Source: a virus (Duplodnaviria; Caudoviricetes). Taken from it: 64,000 nucleotides of DNA. The stretch lies in the IMG/VR virus record IMGVR_UViG_3300033463_000012. One strand, 5' to 3'. The notes under the pieces are model-generated. The model did no database searches, was not told the DNA's origin, and saw only the letters and a list, made by a program, of their open reading frames with translations. Made by a program: the position numbers and the translations under genes. Positions 57,037-64,000 of this stretch are shown piece by piece. Each line of letters begins with the position of its first letter. The first letter of the stretch is position 1.

Positions 57037-57596
57037 ACCTTAGTGAATTTGATGAACCGATCAGGGGAGAGGATTCATCCAAATCCTCTCGCACTGACTA
57101 TTTCAAATTCCTCAAGGAATGCATCGATCCGGTGAATGACATGCGGGTTGGGCTGTTCTATGCCTTCACCTACAACTCTCAGGCCAAGGAAGAAACGGTC
57201 AACCAGTTTGCATTCACTGACTTCAATCCATTGATTTTCCTGTATGGACCCGTAGGCAAGGACAAACTCGAGGCATTGAATTTCCATTTTCTGCCAGTGG
57301 AAGTGAGATTGACTTGGTTGGACATAGTGGACAAGATGAGTCAAGGAGCCATATCCAATGACGGAAGAGTGACCATTCCCATGTACATGTTGAAGAAACT
57401 CGGCGTGAAATTGGAATTCGCCAGAAGAGTGTATGACGTGAAAGGGATAAAGGAATGGAGAAGGGTCTATTCGTCCACTATGTGGGACCTTTGCAAATTC
57501 ACACCGAACACCTATGGTGGAGCGAACTACGAAACAGTGGCCAGGGCCTTCAACATTTTCAATCCTTCTAAATTAACAAACGGCTCAAGAGGATAG
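57012..57596 (+). CDS. gp2: DNA end protector protein gp2-like
   Basis: G.FY.F.Y...K...D.NPLI...LNFHFLP...R. Confidence 0.75.
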   Translation: MEGEEGNIDLSEFDEPIRGEDSSKSSRTDYFKFLKECIDPVNDMRVGLFYAFTYNSQAKEETVNQFAFTDFNPLIFLYGPVGKDKLEALNFHFLPVEVRLTWLDIVDKMSQGAISNDGRVTIPMYMLKKLGVKLEFARRVYDVKGIKEWRRVYSSTMWDLCKFTPNTYGGANYETVARAFNIFNPSKLTNGSRG

Positions 57597-57602
57597 TGTC
57601 AA

Positions 57603-59288
57603 ATGAATCTGCAGAACCTCAACCCATTTTCTTCTCAGTTCCTCAAATTCGCTGGGGACGCTCCAAAGAAGATTGAGCAGATCGGGAAGAACTCGGTCGG
57701 CGAAGGCATCAATGACCAGCCAATAATCGGTGACATTCTCCTGACGAACATGACCTATGGTGGACAATACGACACCACGGGAGTCACCTTCGGTCAGTAT
57801 TTCGAGAACAAGGCCAGCCGAATCAGCCAATACAGGACCATGGCGAACTATCCCGAAATCGCTTCTGCAATCTATATGATCTGCGACGAGGCGATCAATG
57901 AAAACAACGTCGGTGACTTCATCTCCTTCGACATCAAGGACACCGATGGATTGAAACGCAAGACCATTCGTGACCTGAAGGAAGAATGGAACATCGTCAT
58001 CAATGAATTGTTCAACTTCAAGGAAACCGGCTGGGAATTGTTCAAGTGCTTCATGGTCGAGGCGGAACTCTATTTCGAAATCGTGTTGAGTGACCCGGAC
58101 GAGAAGGGAAATCAGGAAATCATCGCCTTCAAGCAGCTTCCGGCCTACACCATGACCCCGGTATACAAGAACGGGGCTATCATCAAATATCTTCAGGTGA
58201 CCGAAGATGGGACAAAGACATTCCAGGAAAACCAGATCCTCTATGTGAACTACGGTGAATACGGTGACAACAAGATGGACATTCGTGGCTATCTTGACCC
58301 CGTCATCGCGATCTACAATATGATCAGAAACCTTGAGGACTCGGCCGTCATTGCACAGATAGTCAGGGCACCGGAACGTCGCGTGTTCAACATTGAAGTC
58401 GGCAAGGTTTCCCCTGGGCGCGCCGAACAGATTCTGCAGAAGACGATGCATAACTACAGAAAGAACCTGAAGTTCGACCCGACCACAGGGCTTTTGAATG
58501 CAGGTGACAGATTCCAGGCCATGACCGAGGACTTCTTCTTCGCCAAGTCTGATGGTCAGGGATCCTCGGTCGAAACCCTTGCATCAGGACAGAATTTGGA
58601 ACAGCTCATAGAATTGCCCAACTATTTCCTCCGCAAGATGTACAAGGCACTTCACATTCCTTCGACAAGATGGGGTGGCGGGGTCCTTGCTGGTGCATCC
58701 GAGGGCGGTCAGGGTCAATACAACAACAAGATGGACATTGAACGTGAGGAACTGAACTTCACCAAATTCATTGAACGTCTCACCCGTCGGTTCTGCAAGC
58801 TGTTCTACAAGGCATTCATTTTCGACATCACGTTGAAGAAATTTGACCCAGCTACTCTTGTTCCCTTCAACTACAACATTCGTATGAACCCGAACAACCA
58901 GTATGCTCAGTATCGGGAACTTGAACTGATGAAGGAAAAGCTGGACATGTTGAGTCAGTATGGAGACCTGCGTTTGACGGCGGAAAACCCGAATGCAGTC
59001 TTCGCCAATGAATACTTCCTCAAGAACATCTGCGGATTCACTCAGTCTCAGCTCGAAACCAACGAGGACATGAAGGCGGAGGAAAAGAAGGAATTGCAGA
59101 TGCAGCAACCCGAAGGCGAAGAAGTGGAATTCGGTGGTGAATCCGACTTCGGCGGAGGTGGTGACGGCGGATTCGGAGGCAGCGACTTCGGCGGTGGTGA
59201 CGAAGGAGCAGGCGATTTTGGAGGTGGACCCAGTGAAGGACCAGGAGAAGGCGGTCCAAGCGAAGGTCCAGGGGAACCAGGGATGTAG
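57603..59288 (+). CDS. gp20: Portal protein gp20
   Basis: YRTMANYPEI, EDSAVI..IVRAPERRVFNIEVG, EDFFF, YKALHIP.TR, REELNF.KFI.RL. Confidence 0.97.
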   Translation: MNLQNLNPFSSQFLKFAGDAPKKIEQIGKNSVGEGINDQPIIGDILLTNMTYGGQYDTTGVTFGQYFENKASRISQYRTMANYPEIASAIYMICDEAINENNVGDFISFDIKDTDGLKRKTIRDLKEEWNIVINELFNFKETGWELFKCFMVEAELYFEIVLSDPDEKGNQEIIAFKQLPAYTMTPVYKNGAIIKYLQVTEDGTKTFQENQILYVNYGEYGDNKMDIRGYLDPVIAIYNMIRNLEDSAVIAQIVRAPERRVFNIEVGKVSPGRAEQILQKTMHNYRKNLKFDPTTGLLNAGDRFQAMTEDFFFAKSDGQGSSVETLASGQNLEQLIELPNYFLRKMYKALHIPSTRWGGGVLAGASEGGQGQYNNKMDIEREELNFTKFIERLTRRFCKLFYKAFIFDITLKKFDPATLVPFNYNIRMNPNNQYAQYRELELMKEKLDMLSQYGDLRLTAENPNAVFANEYFLKNICGFTQSQLETNEDMKAEEKKELQMQQPEGEEVEFGGESDFGGGGDGGFGGSDFGGGDEGAGDFGGGPSEGPGEGGPSEGPGEPGM

Positions 59289-59303
59289 CAAGGTAGGACA
59301 AAA

Positions 59304-59669
59304 ATGAACGAAATGTTTGCAACTTTCAACTCTGCGTGGGCGGCAATCGGTGGCGTGGTCCTGTTGGTGATATGGTTCTACAGAATCAGAATAGACACCA
59401 ACGTGAACACTTCAAGGATAAACAGCTTGACTAACGAGATGAGGGATCACAAGACGTATGTCGACAACAAGCTGACAAACACTGAAAACTCAATAAGGGC
59501 CGAAATCTCCAAACTTCGTGAGGAGGTCCAGCTTCAGTTGAGGACTCATCAGGCCGAACAAAAGGAAAAGATGGAAACCTTGTCTGAACAGATTTCCCGT
59601 CTGACCGAAGCCGTGACCGACCTGAGAATCGAGATCAAGTCATTCAATCACCTCACGGAGGACAAATGA
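59304..59669 (+). CDS. Membrane-anchored coiled-coil protein (holin-like candidate)
   Basis: N-terminal TM WAAIGGVVLLVIWFY followed by heptads. Confidence 0.6.
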   Translation: MNEMFATFNSAWAAIGGVVLLVIWFYRIRIDTNVNTSRINSLTNEMRDHKTYVDNKLTNTENSIRAEISKLREEVQLQLRTHQAEQKEKMETLSEQISRLTEAVTDLRIEIKSFNHLTEDK

Positions 59670-59821
59670 ACGATAGGAAATTCATCGAAATTGTGGATGA
59701 ATTGAAACGTTGTCTGATTGACGAGATTGAAGACCTGGTTCCAGATGAACTCGAAGGCAAAAAGATGATAATAGATATGGCACTGAAGCAGGTATCTAAA
59801 TTCTACGGCAACAAGCTATAG
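59666..59821 (+). CDS. Small hypothetical protein (51 aa)
   Basis: GGAGG RBS, ATGA overlap; MNDRKFIEIV. Confidence 0.6.
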   Translation: MNDRKFIEIVDELKRCLIDEIEDLVPDELEGKKMIIDMALKQVSKFYGNKL

Positions 59822-59824
59822 GAG

Positions 59825-59922
59825 GTCATAGGAGAGCCAAGGAGCCATTTTTCACTGAGGTAGCTATAACTTACTAACCTTAGGCAAAAGTGGCTCAGAA
59901 GTCATCCTAGACAGCCAGGGAG
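59825..59922. repeat. Dispersed palindromic element, copy F
   Basis: GAGCCATTTTT / AAAAGTGGCTC around TAGCTATAACTTACTA (59861-59876). Confidence 0.8.
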
Positions 59923-59927
59923 CATAT

Positions 59928-60524
59928 ATGGCAAGTTTCATGTTTGACGAGTATATCAAATCGGTCGGGCACAACACGACCAATATTCCTGTCCCGATCA
60001 CTGAAACGTCGGGTGTTGGCTTTTGTCTGATCGTCTCCGGTGAAACTGAACTCAAAAAGACGGACAGCTTTGGTGCGGTTCCAGATAGTGAAGGAAACAC
60101 TAATGACACCATTACCGAAAGAATTGCAATCGACGAAACCGATGGAGCCAAGGCGATCATCCCTTTGAACACTTCGGAAACTCATATTCATTTCAAGGAC
60201 ATCCCGACTGAATATGACGACGAAGTGGACATCACGACAAATGGATATACGATGATCAAAGCCCACTCGGCCAAATTCGGAAAGAATCCAAGCGTGACCA
60301 CCATAAAGGACGTGATAGGTGCAGTCATGTTTGCCTATTCCGGGTCTGATGTTCCGAGCACTTTGACTGGAAATGCAATTCCAGTTTGCTATGTGGATTT
60401 CAATGGAACGGTCAATTCTTCGGCTGGTCCATTCAAGGTGGTTTTCAAGAATGGAACACCTGACCAAGAGGACGACCCGGCTACTGTTCCGGATTCTTAT
60501 GGAACAATTTTCATCATGAAGTAG
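59928..60524 (+). CDS. Hypothetical beta-rich late protein, probably structural
   Basis: GGGAG RBS; CTAAAT at 59796. Confidence 0.7.
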   Translation: MASFMFDEYIKSVGHNTTNIPVPITETSGVGFCLIVSGETELKKTDSFGAVPDSEGNTNDTITERIAIDETDGAKAIIPLNTSETHIHFKDIPTEYDDEVDITTNGYTMIKAHSAKFGKNPSVTTIKDVIGAVMFAYSGSDVPSTLTGNAIPVCYVDFNGTVNSSAGPFKVVFKNGTPDQEDDPATVPDSYGTIFIMK

Positions 60525-60529
60525 GAGTA

Positions 60530-61219
60530 ATGAAAATGAGATTTATGAATGAAGACCTAGCAAGCATTAGAAAGCGCGTAGATGACCAGACGGAAGCACT
60601 CAGAAAGCGTTCCGAACGTTGGTCTCGACATCAGGAAGAAGCTGAAGCCGAGGAAGAGGCACAAACTGAACGAATCGCCAAAAGGGTGGAATTCCTAGCC
60701 AAGGGTTTGAACAAGAGATTGGCCGAAATTCTGGAAACCTGGAAGGGTGTTTGTGAAATAGTGGGGAAACCGGAAGGAGTCAAAATCATTGCAGATGAAA
60801 ACTCGTCCATAACTGCAGATGAATTCAATGATGAATTTTTGAGTGACCAAGTCGGAGATTACACCGAGATTTGCAGATTGCTCGAAACAGGTGAAATCAT
60901 CCTACGCCCTGCAGATTTCGGAACGATATTCACATATTCTACTGATGAAGGTTCCATTGGCGCATGGTTGGATGCGACCGTCGGGGCTCCCAGTGGCAGT
61001 AGTCCTTCACATAGGTGGTATTTCGTGAATCTCAGTGATGATGCCAGCAGCTATGTGGAAGAATACCTGGGATGGTTAGGAAGCGATGAAGATGACGAGA
61101 TAATCGAAAGCGTTTCCGATCTCAAGCCGCTGATAGACGAACTCGAAAATGCGGTCGAAACCTGGGCAGAAAATGAGCTGAATGACAATGAACAGAAAGT
61201 CATTCGCAAAAGAGGCTAA
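60530..61219 (+). CDS. Hypothetical protein
   Basis: Begins MKMRFMNE; coiled coil then acidic domain. Confidence 0.75.
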   Translation: MKMRFMNEDLASIRKRVDDQTEALRKRSERWSRHQEEAEAEEEAQTERIAKRVEFLAKGLNKRLAEILETWKGVCEIVGKPEGVKIIADENSSITADEFNDEFLSDQVGDYTEICRLLETGEIILRPADFGTIFTYSTDEGSIGAWLDATVGAPSGSSPSHRWYFVNLSDDASSYVEEYLGWLGSDEDDEIIESVSDLKPLIDELENAVETWAENELNDNEQKVIRKRG

Positions 61220-61238
61220 ATAACGAAGAGGTAACAAA

Positions 61239-61478
61239 ATGGAACCAGAAAAGAAGACACACGTAAAGCTGGACACGGAATCCATCAAGAATTTCCTTGA
61301 ACTCCCTGTGTGCATTGAAACGGCGAACAAGGTTGACGACTTGGTGATGGATTTGATCCTCAGCTATATCGACAGCTCAGCCGACAATGGATATGCCACG
61401 GACGAAGAGATCAAGGAATTCTTTGACAATCATAAGTTCGAACTTCTCCGTGCCGTGTATGGCAGGGGTGACATCTAG
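61239..61478 (+). CDS. Small hypothetical late protein
   Basis: CTAAATA at 61216; GAGG RBS. Confidence 0.75.
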   Translation: MEPEKKTHVKLDTESIKNFLELPVCIETANKVDDLVMDLILSYIDSSADNGYATDEEIKEFFDNHKFELLRAVYGRGDI

Positions 61479-61498
61479 AATTCCCAGGAGATTACGTC

Positions 61499-61690
61499 AT
61501 GGACACTTCGAAATTCCTCAAGACTTCTGACTTTGACCAATTCAACGGCACCCTCATCTCTCGTGTGATGATGGAGAAGGACTACATCGGCCTTGAACGT
61601 GACCTCGACGCCATAATCAAGGGCAAGATCGAGGAGCGCAAGAACCAGGCCCGGGAGGAATGGAAGGAAATGATGAGAGGGGAGGAATAG
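61499..61690 (+). CDS. Small hypothetical protein
   Basis: AGGAG RBS. Confidence 0.7.
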   Translation: MDTSKFLKTSDFDQFNGTLISRVMMEKDYIGLERDLDAIIKGKIEERKNQAREEWKEMMRGEE

Positions 61691-61692
61691 GG

Positions 61693-62625
61693 ATGATAGA
61701 CGAAAAGGAAATACCCGAAGAGCTGGTCAAGGCCGTGAATGATGCCCATAGACCTTGGCATTATACTGATAATATGAATTATACCAATGCTGATAAAAAA
61801 TGGGCAATTAAAGTCATCAAAGAAGCTATTCATACAATACACAGTTTGATGAACAAGGGGGTTGACCCTGCAGAAAAACAGACTGGACATAGCTCAAATC
61901 ACTATATAGAAATACTAGATTGGATGGGTCTTGATGCTGACTGGGAATCCTTTTTCGCTGAACTTTGTAATCAAACCTATTCTCAGAAGGAAATTTTTTA
62001 TCTGTATATTGATGGAAAAAAAGACCAGGTTTTTGCCAATTTCGATGATGCCAAAAATGAAGCAGATATCATATATTCGTATGGAAACTTTACAGATTCA
62101 GTTAAAGTGAAGGATGAAAAAGGCGAAGTGTTTTATGATCCTAGTGAGTATGATGAAGAAGATGAGTCATATGAACCTATTATGTATAATGTTTTCTTTG
62201 ATTCTGTTTCTGGAAAAGAATGGTATTATCTGCACACCTTCAGAACTCTGGAAGATGCAAAGGATTATGTATGTAAAGACACAGGCAATTACAAAATCAA
62301 AAATTCTTTTGGTGAACTTATTTTAGATACAGATGATATTGAAAAGTTACGTCAGGAACGTAGCAATATTTCCGAATCCACCAACATCTTTGAATCCTTC
62401 CTCGGAAACAGGCAGAAGGGTGGTTTCGACGCTGCAAAGGTGGTCAGAAACCTAAAGGACGGAAGATACGACAGCGAGAATGTCATAGCTGCCTGCGTGT
62501 CGGCCCTGGAAGAAAGACAGAAGTCGGCTCTTGCTCAGAAGTTGGTCAAGCAGTTGCAGTCCGACGGAATCCTGGCCAAGGTGTTCAAGCGCAGTGGGGA
62601 ATTCGGGACGAAGGAGCAACAATGA
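61693..62625 (+). CDS. Hypothetical multi-module protein
   Basis: GGAGG RBS; ISESTNIFES linker before a GC-richer C-terminal module. Confidence 0.75.
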   Translation: MIDEKEIPEELVKAVNDAHRPWHYTDNMNYTNADKKWAIKVIKEAIHTIHSLMNKGVDPAEKQTGHSSNHYIEILDWMGLDADWESFFAELCNQTYSQKEIFYLYIDGKKDQVFANFDDAKNEADIIYSYGNFTDSVKVKDEKGEVFYDPSEYDEEDESYEPIMYNVFFDSVSGKEWYYLHTFRTLEDAKDYVCKDTGNYKIKNSFGELILDTDDIEKLRQERSNISESTNIFESFLGNRQKGGFDAAKVVRNLKDGRYDSENVIAACVSALEERQKSALAQKLVKQLQSDGILAKVFKRSGEFGTKEQQ

Positions 62626-64000
62626 GAATCGATGAAGCATTTAGCAAGCCAAGACAGATCAAGCAGAAATACCGTCTTTCTGCGGAGAAGATGACACTTA
62701 AAGGTGGAACTATCCTTCATCGTATTGTCGCCATGAGAGATTTTGGTGATGTAAAAAAAGGCGATAAGGGTGGCTGGGTTGAATCCGATGATAATTTGAG
62801 CCACGATGACGATTGCTGGATTTATGACGATGCCAAAGTTTATCAAAATGCACAAGTTTATGATAATGCACAGGTGCGAGATAATGCTATCATATTAGGT
62901 GATTCCAAAATTTTCGATAATGCAAAAATATATGGAAATGCAAAGGTATATGGAACCAATGGTTTCAATAGATGTAAGGTATATGGAAATGCACAGGTAT
63001 ATGAAAATGCGCAAGTTTTATTCTTTGCAGAAGTGTATGGAAATGCACAGGTATATGGCAATGCCGAAGTGGGTGGAGAATCCAAAGTATATGGAAATGC
63101 TAAGGTATATGGAAATGCCAAATTAGAGCGGGAACCTATTATACACGGTGATGCCAAGGTATACGAAGATGCCACTGTGCGTGGTGAAGCGGAAGTATAT
63201 GAAAACGCTAAGGTATATGGACATGCACAAGTACACGGAGATGTAAAGATTTATGGCTATGCCCGTGTATATGGTAATGCCGAAATATATGAGGATGCCA
63301 AAGTGTTTGGGTCATCCTTTGTGTATGGTGATGCCAAGGTATATGGTGATGCCACAGTTGAAGAATCTGCGCATATATACGAAAACGCTGTAGTAGAACA
63401 TTATGCGCATGCATTCGGATACATTCACGGAAATGCACATGTCTATGGTGGTTATGTAGGTGGCAACATATATGAAAACGCCAGAGTATATAGTGGGGTC
63501 ATCGGTGATTCGGAAGTTTATGGTGAAGCAATGATTGGCGGCGAAAACGTGAAAATATTAGAAGGATCAAAAGTGTTCGGCAAAGCAGAAGTTACTGGAG
63601 GAAAGATTCTGCATTCATTTGTATATGAAAATGCCGATGTATCCAATTGTAATAAAATTTCATGGTCATATATTCATGGAAATGCTCACATAAGAGAAAG
63701 TGCCAATATACACAGCTATGCTGATATATATGGACATGCTGAGATTTCTGGATATGCCTGGATAGAAAATGGTTCGAAAGTGTTTGGAAATGCAAAGATT
63801 TCTGGAAAAGCAAGATTAGAAAGATATTCAACTGTTCTTGAAAATGCTGTAGTATGTGATAATGCTTTCATTAAAGAATCAACAGTGGGTGGACATGCAA
63901 AGGTATGCGATAAAGCGCAGTTGTATCATTCTGAAGTTGGTGGAAGAGTCACTATTGATGAAGATATTGAATTAGATAAGGCAAAAATCTATTCAGGCCT
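62622..64000 (+). CDS. Long left-handed beta-helix (hexapeptide repeat) protein, runs off window end
   Basis: MRIDEA...LHRIVAMRDFGDVKKGDKGGWVESDDNLS..CWIY then many VYGNA repeats; paralog of 52775-53419. Confidence 0.9.
   Translation, partial: MRIDEAFSKPRQIKQKYRLSAEKMTLKGGTILHRIVAMRDFGDVKKGDKGGWVESDDNLSHDDDCWIYDDAKVYQNAQVYDNAQVRDNAIILGDSKIFDNAKIYGNAKVYGTNGFNRCKVYGNAQVYENAQVLFFAEVYGNAQVYGNAEVGGESKVYGNAKVYGNAKLEREPIIHGDAKVYEDATVRGEAEVYENAKVYGHAQVHGDVKIYGYARVYGNAEIYEDAKVFGSSFVYGDAKVYGDATVEESAHIYENAVVEHYAHAFGYIHGNAHVYGGYVGGNIYENARVYSGVIGDSEVYGEAMIGGENVKILEGSKVFGKAEVTGGKILHSFVYENADVSNCNKISWSYIHGNAHIRESANIHSYADIYGHAEISGYAWIENGSKVFGNAKISGKARLERYSTVLENAVVCDNAFIKESTVGGHAKVCDKAQLYHSEVGGRVTIDEDIELDKAKIYSG

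Noticed and set aside
1-64000. CRISPR array or cas genes
   Set aside because: No regularly spaced repeat-spacer structure; the palindromic elements are dispersed kilobases apart.
1-64000. Stop-codon reassignment
   Set aside because: Core genes are full length in code 11 and end in TAA, TAG and TGA; no suppressor anticodon was seen.
52775-64000. Diversity-generating retroelement from the duplicated hexapeptide genes
   Set aside because: Similarity is protein-level paralogy without adenine-specific mismatches, and no reverse transcriptase is in the window.

Overview
A 64-kb segment of a large, divergent T4-like myophage genome in the standard genetic code. The T4 core genes are scattered rather than clustered: gp47/gp55/gp46, three gp19-like tube genes plus gp18, uvsX, gp45, DNA ligase, gp17, gp14, gp53, gp61, gp2 and gp20. 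The major capsid gene and the prohead protease are not in this window. Two phage promoter motifs are readable directly: an early-type TTTGGCCRAAAAGTTATTATATTAT and a late-type CTAAAT(T/A) with about 19 copies. Main observations: (1) a tRNA operon holding a ~560-nt ORF-poor, highly paired RNA with three kissing-loop/pseudoknot contacts (ROOL-like or new) and two non-canonical tRNA-like genes; (2) many late genes carrying T4 capsid-targeting-like N-termini and recurrent hydrophobic-x-E|S linkers, suggesting a protease-matured, capsid-delivered cargo system that includes a CCA-adding enzyme and a RimK ligase; (3) six dispersed ~100-bp palindromic elements, one read in frame inside the primase gene; (4) an in-frame amidase-ThyX fusion; (5) a ColE2-Rep-like primase next to short tandem repeats. 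All product calls come from motif recognition by eye; no database search was run. The host is unknown, and a Fibrobacter-like gut or rumen host is only a weak guess.
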